Below are positions 1 to 17,324 of a DNA stretch of 64,000 nt, piece after piece. Source of the stretch: Macrostomum lignano (taxonomy: Eukaryota); NCBI GenBank assembly GCA_002269645.1, contig NIVC01003311.1:1-64000 (forward strand), written 5' to 3'. Made by a program: the position numbers and the translations under genes. Position 1 is the stretch's first letter; each line of letters starts with the position of its first letter. The notes beneath the pieces are model-generated. The model had not been told where the DNA came from. It was given only the letters and a program-made list of their open reading frames with translations, and did no database searches.

Positions 1-150
1 TCGCATAGACCACGTCTCTGGAGTCACAGCGGAGTTTTTGGTTTGATTCTGTAGACCATTTTAGTGGCATTGGAGCCTGGGCAGACCTGGCCAAACTGAC
101 CATGCTGTTCACACAGGTGACAGCTCGAATTTTTGCATCTAGAATTGCAG

Positions 151-220
151 TAGATAGATAGTAGATAGATAAATAGGCAGACAGATAGATAGACAGACAG
201 ACATACAGACAGACAGAGAG

Positions 221-252
<32 letters not shown>
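151..252. repeat. (AGAT)/(AGAC)n tetranucleotide microsatellite
   Basis: Directly visible tandem tagatagata...agacagacagac run. Confidence 0.9.
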
Positions 253-290
253 TGAATGGATGCTATTCTCCCAATTCCATTCGCTGTCAG

Positions 291-1134
291 GTGGCCCAGC
301 CGCAGTCGAGTACCTGACGATTCCCCGAGGCACCGCGAGCGGCACCAAGAGGAGGACAGGCGCCGCAGTCGGCAGGGCAGCGGCCCCGGCGCCCGCTGTC
401 CTACCGAGGCGTCCTGAAGCTGCCAGCATCGGCTGCCGCGTCCTCATCAAACGCCAGTCAGTCGGCGGCCCAGTGAGAAAAGCCGAGGCCATTCCACGTC
501 TGCCGCTGCCGATGAACCTCGGGCCGACTCTGTATAGCGACTCTATTTCAGCCTATTCATCTAGGCAGCGGGACTCGCGGACTATCGGACTCGAGGACTC
601 AAGGGACTATCGGGACTCGAGGGACTCAAGGGACTATCGGGACTCGAGGGACTCAAGGAACTCGAGAGATCCCGCTCGATCTGGCGAGAGAATCGTTGCT
701 AAGGCCCGGCGTGACAATGGCGGTGGTTGTTGACTTGATATGATAATGATAATTATATGATCAGCTCTTATGAGTCCCCTCTCCTTTACCTTTACCTCTA
801 CCCTCTCCTTTACCCTCTACCCTCTCCTTTACCCTCTACCCTCTACTTTACCCTCTACCCTCTCCTTTATCCTTCTACCCTCTCCTTTACCTTCTACCCT
901 CTCCTTTACCCTCTACCCTCTCCTTTACCTTCTCTCTTAATTTCTTCTTCCCCTCCCTCAGCTTCTCGTCTCCATAATCTTTTATTTCATTTTTATCGTC
1001 TCAATGGAATTCATCGTACTTACTCTTAATTTAATCTTTACATCAATTTCTCCATTGCAGGCCGGTCCTCGGCGTCCACTGCATCAGGAGCTGGCAGACT
1101 GGATCGCATTGTCATAAACAGATCAGTACGATAA
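291..1134 (+). CDS. Possible terminal exons of an unidentified low-complexity Arg/Ser/Asp-rich protein (approx. 291-722 and 1061-1134)
   Basis: Acceptors cgctgtcag (290) and tccattgcag (1060); GC-rich segment with DSRDYR repeats; phase-1 join 722/1061 reads to TAA at 1132-1134. No recognisable domain, and the frame at the 5' end is ambiguous. Confidence 0.3.
775..950. repeat. Pyrimidine-rich minisatellite (ctctcctttaccctctacc-like)
   Basis: Tandem copies visible; accounts for ORF 757..1029. Confidence 0.85.
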
Positions 1135-1739
1135 TGTTAGTCTATCTCTTCTGCTGTTATATTTTCGCAAACATCCCTTAGCAACCAGGTCCAATATTGA
1201 ATATTGCCTGAAGAAGAATCTATCAGAGGTTTCTTGCTACGTTCTGAGGACGAGAATGCTTTAATAAATCTTAGTAGATTAATATATTTAAGCATTTGCT
1301 CTGTTAGCTACTACTTCTTGCGCGAACAAACTGCTAAGTAGTGTGGTGTGTGTTTTTTGTTGTCTGTCATGTTGCCAAATTTATATTTAAATTCGTGTCT
1401 GTCGCATGACCATGAAGGCAGATATGATTTTTTATTTCGTGTTTTTTTTATCTTTCCCTATCGAACACTGACTGATCACTACTCATATCTAAGCACTATA
1501 TGCGGCCGACTGTGCTCGATTTTCATTTCCGCTTGCTTACTTAATAATAAATATAGTATCAGATTGCGTTGTTATATATTTTATAGTACGATTATGTACT
1601 CATTTGATCAGTATGTAATTATTGCTTAAATAATAAACCAGTGGGTGTGACTTGCGGTTTTGTCTCTAATGCTAGCGTCAATTGGCTCAATGGATATGTT
1701 CACTTGACTTCGGGCTTGTATGATTCACGATTTTATAAT

Positions 1740-2560
1740 TGTGACAGTCACCTCCATCTGTCACTGTGATGGTCACCTCCATCTGTCACTGTGATGGTCA
1801 CCTCCATCTGTCACTGTGACGATCACCTCTGTCACTGTGATGGTCACCTCCATTTGTCACTGTGACGATCACCTCTGTCACTGTGATGGTCACCTCCATC
1901 TGTCACTGTGATGGTCACCTCCATCTGTCACTGTGATGGTCACCTCTATCTTTCACTGTGATGGTCACCTCTATCTGTCACTGTGATGGTCACCTCTATC
2001 TGTCACTGTGATGGTCACCTCTATCTGTCACTGTGATGGTCACCTCTATCTTTCACTGTGACAGTCACTTCCATCTGTCACTGTGTCAGTCACCTCCATC
2101 TGTAAATGTGACAGTTACACCCAATCTGTCATTGTGACAGTCAACCCCATCTGCCACTGTGACAGTCACCTCTATCTGTCACTTCCATCTGTCACACGTG
2201 AAAGTCACCCCTATCTGCCACTGTGACAGTCACTATCTGTCACTGTGACAGTCACCTCTATCTGTCACTGACACTTACCTCCATCTGTCACTGTGACAGT
2301 CACTCCATCTGTCACTGTGACAGTCACTCCATCTGTCACTGTGACAGTCACTCCATCTGTCACTGTGACAGTCACTCCATCTGTCACTGTGACAGTCACT
2401 CCATCTGTCACTGTGACAGTCACCTTCATCTGTCAATGTGAGAGTGATCTCCATCTGCCACTGTGACAGTCCCATCTGTCAATATGAGAGTGGTCTCCAT
2501 CTGCCACTGTGACAGTCCCATCTGTCAATATGAGAGTGGTCTCCATCTGTCACTGTGACA
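1740..2560. repeat. 24-25 bp minisatellite (ccatctgtcactgtgacagtcact)
   Basis: ccatc recurs at 2281 and 2305; unit contains the interrupted palindrome tgtcac-t-gtgaca. Confidence 0.95.
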
Positions 2561-3388
2561 GACACCAACATTGTTTCATGTTTCGTACTAGTGTTTTAAT
2601 AGCTTAACGATCACATTGCAATTATATGATTTTTAGTACATTTAATATTAAGATCTTAGAGATTTAGTATAGGTGGATCGACGGAACCTTACAGCCTGTA
2701 TACTTATAGATTTTTGTTGTATAAAATTTTAAGCTATGATTATTTTGACCTTAGTTTGTACATGCGCTGCTCGAGTAATTGCTACGATATGAGGAAAAGA
2801 ACATACAGCTGAATGTCATAAATCATAAATCTAATAGGATGCTGCGAGTAAACCGGTTGGAAGTGGACCATGGATTCATAAGTTAGCGTACATGCTGCTA
2901 TTCCCAATGTACTTGTAGTGTAGATACATGTAATAATTACAGTCTGTATCAGTACATGGTGTACAGTGTATATCCACACATTATATTACAGTCCAGTTGT
3001 TCCGTTTTTAATACAGCATTTATGCGTTACAAAACTTCTTTCTACCCTTTATCAATCCTGTAAGTGCACTCTCCCAGATAGAGTACGCTCAGGATATATC
3101 AGGCTACAGTGTACATGACGACTCAGTACCCTTAGGTCAGTCCCCTGTCTATCGGCATAGAGCTACATGTACACTTAGCCAAGCGAGGAGTGGACGAGAA
3201 GGGAGAGAGGGGGTAGTGGGTCTGCGCAGTTCCGACCGGCACTCTCTCCTCGCCTCTTCCCCAAGTTGTTGTACACTGCATGCCCACACCAGCCTTTTAT
3301 ATATTTCTGCCCCAATCTCGCCAACACTGGGACACGCCGATTGAATCCCAAACTGCTGATTCAGTTTCAAATCGTTCTAATCCAAATC

Positions 3389-6300
3389 ATGGCATCCAGT
3401 GCAACGTCTACAGTCGAACGCTTGGTCATACCTGTGCCGAAAGCTGCCCTGGACCCGGCCACATCATCTCGGGTGGCCATCGATAGCGGCAGCTTGCTAA
3501 CCAAAATGTTATTCATTACTGAACGCGATTCAACTTCCTATAACATGCACTTTCTGTTGATGAAAAATGCCGACTTCAATGACGGACTCGACATCATCAG
3601 GGAGGAGTGCCGGCTGTTGCAGCGGGACGGTAGCGACGTGGTGAAGGTGACGGGCGTCGGGTACAAGCACGAGCAGCAGTTCAACCAGTTGCTAGGGGCC
3701 TCGTCCGAGTTTGTGGTGGAGCCGCTCTGCTGGATTCGGGGCTACTATTGGGCTGTGGAGAACCTGGACCCGGCAGATCTGTTCTATCAGCACGAGGCCA
3801 CCGACCCGTGCTTCTGCAAGAGCTCCTCTGGTCGCTTGGTGGACTTGGAGACTGCCGCTGGTTAGTCTGACACTTATTTCAGAATGTCTGACGCTTATTT
3901 TTATTGTGTCTGACGCTTATTTTTATTGTGTCTGACACTTATTTCAGAATATCTGACGCTTATTTTATTGTGTCTGACACTTATTTCAGAATATCTGACG
4001 CTTATTTTTATTGTGTCTGACACTTATTTAAGAATGTCTGACGCTTATTTTATTGTGTCTGACACTTATTTCAGAATGTCTGACGCTTATTTTATTGCGT
4101 CTGACACTTATTTCAGAATGTCTGACGCTTATTTTATTGTGTCTGACACTTATTTCAGAATGTCTGACGCTTATTTTATTGTGTCTGACGCTTATTTTAT
4201 TGTGTCTGACACTTATTTCAGAATGTCTGGCACTTATTTTATTGTGTCTGACACTTATTTCAGAATGTCTGGCACTTATTTTATTGTGTCTGACACTTAT
4301 ATTTCAGAATGTCTGGCACTTTTCAGTACTATCTGACACTTTTCAGTAGGTCTAGCACTTTTCAGTACTATCTGACACTTTTCAGTATGTCTGACACCTA
4401 TTTCAGTATGTCTGACACTTGTTTCAACATGTCTGACACTCATTTTAGTATGTCTGACACTCATTTCAGTCTATCTGACACTTATTTCAGAATGTCTGAC
4501 ACTTATTTTATTGTGTCTGACACTTATTTCAGAATGTCTGACGCTTATTTTATTGTGTCTGAGACTTATTTCAGAATGTCTGACACTTATTTTATTGTGT
4601 CCGACACTTATTTCAGTATTTCTTACGCTTTTCAGTACTATCTGACACTTTTCAGTATGTCCTATTTCAGACCTATTTCAGTCTATCTGACACCTATTTC
4701 AGTATGTCTGACACTCATTTTAGTATGTCTGACACTCATTTCAGTCTATCTGACACTTATTTCAGTATGTCTGACACTTATTTCAGTATGTCAGACACTT
4801 ATTTCAGTATATCTGACACTTATTTCTGTATTTCTGACACTTATTTCAGTATGCCTGACGCTTATTTCAGTATGTCTGACACTTATTTCAGTATGTCTGA
4901 CACTTGTTTCAGCTTGTCTGACACTCATTTCAGCATGTCTGACACAATTGTTTTAGTAATGTCTGACACTTATTTCAGTATGCCTGACACTTATTTCAGT
5001 ATGCCTGACACTTATTTCAGTATGTCTGACACTTATTTCAGCATGTCTGACACTCATTTCAGTAATTTTTGACACTTATTTCTGAATGTCTGACACAGTA
5101 TTGTTCCAAATACAATGCAACCCCTCCCCTTTTATAATGCCTTGCTTAATTTCCCTTCCCAAAATCGCAGCGGACAATGACCCGGCCGCCAGCGGGTCCG
5201 GCAAGTTCCCCGCGGTGCTGGTGAACGCAGGCAGCAGCGTCGGCATGTGCATCGTGAACGAGAGCGGCGAAGCTGTGAGGCTGTCGCTGTCCTTCTTCTC
5301 CTGCAAGACCCTGGCCGGCCTGGCCAGTCTGCTTCTTGGCACGGCTGATTTCGAAGAAATTGTCCGCCTGGCCGAGGCCGGAGATCGGGACAACGTGGAC
5401 CTGAAGATTGACGAGCTCACGGCTGAGGATCCGTTGCATCCGTTCGGAGCCTACGATGGCGACATCCCGCTGGTGCATCTGGGCAAGATCGCCAACGCCT
5501 CCGTGACGGCTGGTGGGTGCTGGGATAACACCTGGCTTTGAAATCTCCGTTTGTAGCACCTGTAATTAGAGACTCAAGTAGCGCTTGAAGATCACAGGTG
5601 GATTAAAGGGGAGATTGAAGATCACATGTGGATTAAAGGGGAGATCGAAGATCACAGGTGGATTAAAGGGGAGATCGAAGATCACATGTGGATTAAAGGG
5701 GAGATCGAAGATCACAGGTGGATTAAAGGGGAGATTGAAGATCACATGTGGATTAAAGGGGAGATCGAAGATCACAGGTGGATTAAAGGGGAGATTGAAG
5801 ATCACAGGTGGATTAAAGAGGAGCTTAGAGACTACAGGTGGATTAAAGGGGAGCTTAGAGACCACATGTGGATTAAAGGGGAGCTTAGAGACCACATGTG
5901 GATTAAAGGGGAGCTTAGAGACCACATGTGGATTAAAGGGAGCTTAGAGACCACAGGTGGATTAAAGGGAGCTTAGAGACCACAGGTGGATTAAAGGGGA
6001 GCTTAGAGACCACAGGTGGATTAGAGGGGAGCTGAGATTAAATATCACCGGCGGATTAAAGTGGAGCTTAGAGGCGGATTAAAGGGCAGATTAAAGATCA
6101 CAGGTGGATTAAGGGGGAGCTTAGAAATCACAGGCGATTAAAAGTGAGTCAGAAGCGCGATTTGCACTCTTTGCAAATAATTGTCGAATACTCATTAATT
6201 ATTACTCAATTCTCACACTAGGCAGTAGTTTACAATTAAAACAATTACGCGCTTACTTTTCCTTTTCCACCCCTTTCCCCAAAACAACCGCAGCCGCAGC

Positions 6301-6549
6301 AAAACGCGAAGACGTGGCCCGGTCTCTGGTGTCCCTGTTCTGCTTCACCTGTTCAGCACTATCCTGTCATTCGCCTCAGACGCGCAGGTCAATAACGTCT
6401 ACTTGGGCGGCAGCTGTTTTCGTCACTCGCTGTTTCGGCGGGAATTCGAAAACGCGCGCTCGTTTCGGCTGCACAGAGCCGGGTTCAACCACCACTTCTT
6501 GAAGGTTGGCGCCCAAGTTGGCAGCATTGGAAGCTCTGGTGTCGGCTAA
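3389..6549 (+). CDS. Divergent type II (fumble/eukaryotic) pantothenate kinase-like protein, ~356 aa; exons 3389-3860, 5171-5512, 6294-6549; one -1 frameshift near 6343
   Basis: Motifs align with PanK-II: AIDSGSLLTK (DIGGTLVK), KVTGVGYK (TGGGAYK), VEPLCWIRG (DELDCLVKG), PAVLVNAGSSVG (PYLLVNIGSGVS), AEAGDRDNVDL, EDVARSL, VYLGG, FLKVGAQVGSIG. GT-AG junctions are phase compatible (1/1). Confidence 0.75.
3865..5095. repeat. Intronic ~20 bp minisatellite (tgtctgacacttatttcagaa variants) filling PanK-like intron 1
   Basis: Array starts 4 nt after the donor at 3861; accounts for several spurious ORFs at 3926-5072. Confidence 0.95.
5586..6130. repeat. Intronic 30 bp minisatellite (gaagatcacaggtggattaaaggggagatc) in PanK-like intron 2
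   Basis: 30-nt periodicity visible in consecutive lines; the unit drifts to a gagcttagagacc variant towards the 3' end. Confidence 0.95.
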
Positions 6550-6689
6550 CGAGCTGGTGCCCAATGTGCTCAAATTCTCTGTTGCTTGAAAGGTTACTCA
6601 GCAATGATTGACAGCTCGTGATATGTGTTTCAACTTTGGAATGGTTTTTTAATAAACAGATGTAGCTCTATACTTCCAAGCAGTGATGG

Positions 6690-7335
6690 CGCTCTTGGTG
6701 ATCGCCCCCTGTCTCTCAGTGGTCGCCCCTGTCTCTCAGTGGTCGCCCCTGTCTCTCAGTGGTCGCCCCTGTCTCTCAGTGGTCGCCCCTGTCTCTCAGT
6801 GGTCGCCCCTGTCTCTCAGTGGTCGCCCCTGTCTCTCAGTGGTCGCCCCTGTCTCTCAGTGGTCGCCCCTGTCTCTCAGTGGTCGCCCCTGTCTCTCAGT
6901 GGTCGCCCCTGTCTCTCAGTGGTCGCCCCTGTCTCTCAGTGGTCGCCCCTGTCTCTCAGTGGTCGCCCCTGTCTCTCAGTGGTCGCTTCTGTCTCTCAGT
7001 GGTCGCCCCTGTCTCTCAGTGGTCGCCCCTGTCTCTCAGTGGTCGCCACTGTCTCTGGATTGGCGCCCCCTGTCTCTGGATTGGCGCCCCTGTCTCTGGA
7101 TTGGCGCCCCCTGTCTCTGGATTGGCGCCCCTGTCTCTGGATTGGCGCCCCTGTCTCTGGATTGGCGCCCCCTGTCTCTGGATTGGCGCCCCCTGTCTCT
7201 GGATTGGCGCCCCTGTCTCTTGATTGACGTCCCCTGTCTCTGGATTGGCGCCCCTGTCTCTTGATTGGCGCCCCTTGTCTTTTGATTGGCGCCCCCTGTC
7301 TCTTGATTGGCGCCCCCTGTCTCTTGATTGGTGAT
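6690..7335. repeat. 20-21 bp minisatellite (gtggtcgcccctgtctctca switching to ggattggcgcccctgtctct)
   Basis: Near-perfect 20-nt period 6701-7040, then a related variant unit. Confidence 0.95.
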
Positions 7336-8429
7336 TTGGGGCGACTTCCTCCCTCCCGAAAAAAGTGTGTATTTCAAAATTTTACCTACACTTACCTCGC
7401 GATAAATCCATACTACAATACTCTAATGTTATTTTAATGCAGTTTAAAAAACAGTTTCCAGTTTCACAGTTGTCAGTTGCTCGATGTTTTCAATGTTCCA
7501 ACCCTTACTTCTGTGTATTGCTCGTAGTTGGAGACGCTAAAAGCATTGAAAACATCCTACTCGTCATACATTAAGGCTTCATCCTATATAATTTGGTTCA
7601 TTCTTTTTAATTTTGAAAAGCTTGCTTATAAAGTAATGCTACTATAAGTAGTGTGCTGATTTATTTTAGCGATTTTGTTGAACAGTATCCCTTCTATTTG
7701 AAGTTTGGAGCATGTATAATAGTTCCGATCTTATGAAAGTTCCGATCTGGTGAAAGTTCTGCTCTTGTGTAAGTTTTTATCCGAAGTAATCTTGTAAAAG
7801 CCCATCCCTTGTCATAGTGATTACAATTCGTAAATTCGCGTCGCTAAACGCTATAACCCAACTGCACTTTTATTTTAGACATGCAATTTATTCAGCAATA
7901 AAAAATTTACTTTAGTAAGCAATGGACACTGGTTGGTCCACTTTGAAATCCCATTGACAATTTTTTCTGCTTTTATTGTCGTGTGAAAGTGAACAATTTT
8001 ATTAACAATTCAAACATTTTTGAGTATTGCGGCACACTGAAAATCTAAATTTAGGGTCTGGAATCTAGCGATTTCCTGTGAACTTGAAAATTTGAAAATT
8101 TGGGTTGTTGGAGTTTAAGCAAAAATCAGGAGTTGGCAAACTTTTTGTTTGCTTCTTTTACAGACCAGATAAAGAATCTAACTTATGGTTGCGAGACAGG
8201 GGAGAGAGGAAAGGAGAGGGGATAGAGATAAGAGAAGAGAGAGGAAAGTATAGGCGTGGGAGAAGATGAGATAAGAGATTTGTGAGATAAGAGGGGAAAT
8301 GAGATAAGAGATTGGTTAGATGGGAGAAAATATTAGGGAAGAGAGAAGAGATGATAAGAGGCCAAGAAAAAATCAAAGAGGGTGAGAGGAGGGAAGAGAA
8401 AATAGGGAACAGAGAAGAGGAGAGAGAGA

Positions 8430-8950
8430 AAAGGGTAGAGAGAAGATGTGAGACAGGAGAGAAGAGGGTAGAGAGAAGATGTGAGACAGGAGAGAAGAGG
8501 GTAGAGAGAAGATGTGAGACAGGAGAGAAGAGGGTAGAGAGAAGATGTGAGACAGGAGAGAAGAGGGTAGAGAGAAGATGTGAGACAGGAGAGAAGAGGG
8601 TAGAGAGAAGATGTGAGACAGGAGAGAAGAGGGTAGAGAGAAGATGTGAGACAGGAGAGAAGAGGGTAGAGAGAAGATGTGAGACAGGAGAGAAGAGGGT
8701 AGAGAGAAGATGTGAGACAGGAGAGAAGAGGGTAGAGAGAAGATGTGAGACAGGAGAGAAGAGGGTAGAGAGAAGATGTGAGACAGGAGAGAAGAGGGTA
8801 GAGAGAAGATGTGAGACAGGAGAGAAGAGGGTAGAGAGAAGATGTGAGACAGGAGAGAAGAGGGTAGAGAGAAGATGTGAGACAGCAGAGAAAAGGGTAG
8901 AGAGAAGATGTGAGACAGGAGAGAAAAGGGGAGAGAGATGTGAGACAAGA
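8430..8950. repeat. 33 bp purine-rich minisatellite (gagagaagagggtagagagaagatgtgagacag)
   Basis: gaagaggg recurs at 8461 and 8494; accounts for ORFs 8158-9085. Confidence 0.95.
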
Positions 8951-9071
8951 CAGAAGAGATCTGAGAAGAGACTGTGAAGTTCCAAAGAATCCGAAGGCTG
9001 AACAGATAGGAGGGCCGGAGTAGGGCCGGAGTCTGCCAACCCCTGATACATACTCTGAGTAATAAAGCATT

Positions 9072-10183
9072 TCATAGTGTCTCAATCAGCTGCGTGTACA
9101 GCAGTGCAGAAGTTGCTGTTTGCTGATGATCAACCAACTCTTCCTCATCTGCAGCCTCTTTCCTTTCGTCATCTGAGTCCTCACAATTGTCCTGCACCTC
9201 TTGCGCTCCATCAGTGTCGCTCAGCGTGGCTGCAGTTCTCAGGCTCTGCTGACGCGACAGAGTCTCGCAATGGCGCAGATCGATATAATATTCGTCCGTT
9301 TCATTCACTTGGATCACCTGGCGCCCGTTGATGGTGCACGAGGATATTAATGAGGCGGACATCTCCTGGGGCAGGTCTGACACTGCGGTTGCTTCAGCGG
9401 GAGTTCCTGGCTGCTGCTCCGAAGCGGACGTGGCTTCCGCATCGAGGAGAGATTCGGGCTCGCACAGGCTGGGCGTCGCCAGGGGAGGTGGCGGCGGTGG
9501 CGGAGGTGGAGGCTGCGGTTGAGCTGATGGGATGAAGGAGGAGCCGCCGCAGCAGCCGCCGCAGCAGCCGCTTGCTGTTGCTGCTGCTGCTGCAGAAGCG
9601 CGCTTTCCTGCGCTACTCGTTTCGACGAAGTCTGTCGTTCATTGATTTTTCGATAGCGTTTCGTCCGCCGCGACAGGAGCACCAGGGTGAGCACGAGTAG
9701 CAGGGCGCACAGAGCGCCGACACAGCTGCCGATGCTGGCGGGAATGTGCGCCTGCTTGGTGCTCGCGTCCACGCAGTGCATGGCCTCCACTGGGCGCGTC
9801 TGATGGCGACTGGAGCTGGTTGTGTTGGACTGAGCAGCTGCACCTGCCGCTGCTGGCCTGAACTGCAGGCAGACTCGGTAGGCTGTGTCAGGCTGCAGGT
9901 CCTCAACTGAGTAGGTCTCCGCTGCGGGACTCAGTCGGACTCGATGAGCCGGCCTCAGCGACAGTGCACCGGCTGCAGACGAGGAAGATGACGGCTCGGA
10001 TTTGTCGTCGGTTGAAACGTCGGATGGCACCAGAAGGAGGTGGCTGGAGGCTACGGGGGCGGCCCAGCTCCAGTCGGCCTGCAGGCTGCTGCTGCTCAGC
10101 CGCTGAACTCGGAACCAGGCCAGCGGCGGGGGCGGCTCTGGGCGAAGGTCGCTGCTGGATGACTGGCCCATCACGGCGTCTGA
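9072..10183 (-). CDS. Terminal exon of a single-pass membrane protein with a fibronectin type III domain, TM helix and low-complexity cytoplasmic tail; apparent -1 frameshift near 9540
   Basis: Acceptor ttcttccag on - strand at 10184-5; FN3-like YSVEDLQPDTAYRVCL; hydrophobic IGSCVGALCALLLVLTLVLL followed by basic RRTKRYRK. After the poly-Q/A tract a second frame (SAQPQPPPPP...EYYIDLR...IETL*) continues into ORF 9072..9383. Upstream exons not found. Confidence 0.65.
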
Positions 10184-10200
10184 CTGGAAGAACAGGGGTG

Positions 10201-14506
<4,306 letters not shown>

Positions 14507-14984
14507 ATACGCTTCAAGTGGGAGTTCACCTTTGTTTCGCACAATTTTCTTGCCTAATTATTGAGCTTGCAGCCTCCGTGGTCAGCCAATTAGTGACAAA
14601 AAATAGCCCTCGGACACAGTGAAAAGTGTTCTAATTAACTTTTTTCATCGAGGGTCGCTGGCCCCGCCCACCTTTTTAACTGTTACTTGTTGCCGTCAGT
14701 CCGGCTCTTTTCTGAATAGCTGTTCAAATATTAAGCCTTCATCTACACTGTTTGCCGAGTCCGTATAATCCATTAGCGCCAGTCTCTGGGCCTCATCAAA
14801 GTTAGGAGGCGAGCAATTATAAAGTTGTATTGAGCTGTCTCTTCTATGCATGTAGCGAGATCTGATAGCTAATGATCGATTTGATGAGAGTTCATGTGGA
14901 CGGATTAAAGCATAGGGGTACCCTTCTGACGCTACTTTCGATTACTGACATGCACCTATATGGAAGCTGACTGACACCCCATAG

Positions 14985-15595
14985 ACGCTAACTGAGCACT
15001 CCAGAAGCTAACTGAGCACTCCAGAAACTTATTGAGCACTCCAGAAGCTAACTGAGCACTCCAGAATCTAGCTAAGCACTCCAAAACTAACTGAGCACTC
15101 CAGAAGCTAACTGAGCACTCCAAAAGCTAGCTAAGCACTCCAGAAGCTAACTGAGCACTCCAAAAGCTAGCTAAGCACTCCAGAAGCTAACTGAGCACTC
15201 CAGAATCTAGCTAAGCACTCCAAAACTAACTGAGCACTCCAGAAGCTAACTGAGCACTCCAAAAGCTAGCTAAGCACTCCAGAAGCTAACTGAGCACTCC
15301 AAAAGCTAGCTAAGCACTCCAGAAGCTAACTGAGCACTGCAGAAGCTAACTGAGCACTCCAGAATCTAGCTAAGCACTCCAAAACTAACTGAGCACTCCA
15401 GAAGCTAGCTAAGCACTCCAAAAGCTAGCTAAGCACTCCAAAACTCAGAATCTAACTGAGCACTCTAGAAGCTAACTGAGCACTCCAGAAGCTAACTGAG
15501 CGCTGCAGAAGCTAGCTAAGCACTCCAGAAGTTAACTGAGCACTCCAGAATCTAGCTAAGGTTTCCAAAACTCAGAATCTAACTGAGCACTCCAT
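14985..15595. repeat. 20 bp minisatellite (agaagctaactgagcactcc)
   Basis: Directly visible tandem copies. Confidence 0.95.
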
Positions 15596-16179
15596 AGAAG
15601 CCAAAATAACCTGTATTAATAAGGATATAAAGCAATTGAGAACGAATTAATATTTTTCAGTCAACAATACCATCAATACCCTAAATATTTTCTCCCTGTC
15701 TCAAACAGATCCTGCAACATATTTTTCTCGCTGTCTCAGTGCTTTAGTAAACAGAATACATCGATTGCATAAGAACGGCTATGGTAAAAATGGATACTTT
15801 TTAACATCAAATCTTACGACGAATATAAAGATAGATAGATTTGGGAAGGACAGCCTATATTGCAATCACGCATGGGCTAGCTGTGACAGCAAATATGGTC
15901 CCAGATCGAAGATGTCATTGATTAATGGCACCGCCAAGCATCGCCGCGAATGCGCGGGATACCGTCATTAGCTGCTGTGGACAGATATGGGCACAGTATG
16001 CAGTATGGAAACTGATATTGGATCTCACGACATATCAGTATTTCAACTTCTTGTTTGGTAAATAATAGTAGCTTCATAAGGATTCTAGTGGTGAACATAA
16101 CGTTAGATATATTGAGAAATTCCAGGGTAGGATTTTTGGGTATTTTCTTAAGGAATTCTTGGGAGACGTTGGGGTATTT

Positions 16180-16700
16180 AGAGAATTATTTTAGAGTCAC
16201 AAGGGTATTTAGAGAATTTTTGAAAGACGCAGGGGTATTTAGAGAATTCTTGAGAGACCCAGGTGTATTTAAAGAATTCACGAGAGACGCAGGGGTATTT
16301 ATAGAATTTTTAACAGACGCAGGGCTATTTAGAGAATTATTTTAAAGTCACAAGGGTATTTAGAGAATTTTTGAAAGACGCAGGGTATTTAGAGAATTCT
16401 TGAGAGACTCAGGTGTATTTAGAGAATTATTGAGACACCCAGGTGTATTTAAAGAATTCACGAGAGACGCAGGGGTATTTATAGAATTTTTAACAGACGC
16501 AGGGCTATTTAGAGAATTATTTTAGAGTCACAAGGGTATTTAGAGAATTTTTGAAAGACGCAGGGGTATTTAGAGAATTCTTGAGAGACTCAGGTGTATT
16601 TAGGGAATTATTTTAGAGTCACAGGGGTATTTAGAGAATTTTTGAGAGATCCAGGGGTATTAAAGAATTCTTAAGAGACACAGTGGTATTTATAGAGAAT
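16180..16700. repeat. ~30 bp degenerate minisatellite (ggggtatttagagaattcttgagagacgca)
   Basis: Tandem copies visible; accounts for ORF 16055..16345. Confidence 0.9.
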
Positions 16701-17324
16701 TCTCGTCAAACGAGAAGGGGAATTTGAGGAATTATGGAAGTTGGGGAGTTTGGGGAATTCGGGGAATTATTTAAAAGATGCACGTACATCTGAAAGCATA
16801 CTTCAGAAGCCATTTTGAAAATGTTTAAGATTTGATGGCAGCTGTAGAAGATGAAGTGAAGAAGTGAACTCTAAAGGCGAAGCTCAAGCGTACGGTTAAA
16901 GTTAAGTGCTCAAGCGCCAGCCGTCATCTTCTTTTAGCTCTCAGTGCAGGCGTATTTCTGCTTTTAACACGCCTCACGGGCAATGCCGGGCTCCGGATGC
17001 TGCAGCCCCCCCCCTAGCCTCATCCTACCATCCCCAGTAGCCCCTGGCCTGCAGACTGTGAGAGCACGGTGCTTCCTGAGCTCTTGACTGAATTTGGTTT
17101 TGCCTATGAGACGTGCTGGCATGCCTCTAGTGTGCAGGGTATTTATGTATGCTTATATTATGTCTTGGAAATTACTTTTATAGTCCACTCACCTGGAGCC
17201 TGACTATTTAATTCCATGTTTACGCTGTTATCTGCACGAAGTTTTATGATTAAGCTGTTAATTAATGGCTAGAACTTATTTTGCGTTAAGTATTCGTAGT
17301 CTTTGTTTAACTCATTTCGTTACT

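Noticed and set aside
14697-14945. Minus-strand open stretch containing GYPYALIRPHE, reminiscent of the NurA C-terminal motif
   Set aside because: About 83 codons bounded by stops, no other nuclease motifs and no convincing splice linkage; could be a small exon but cannot be supported.
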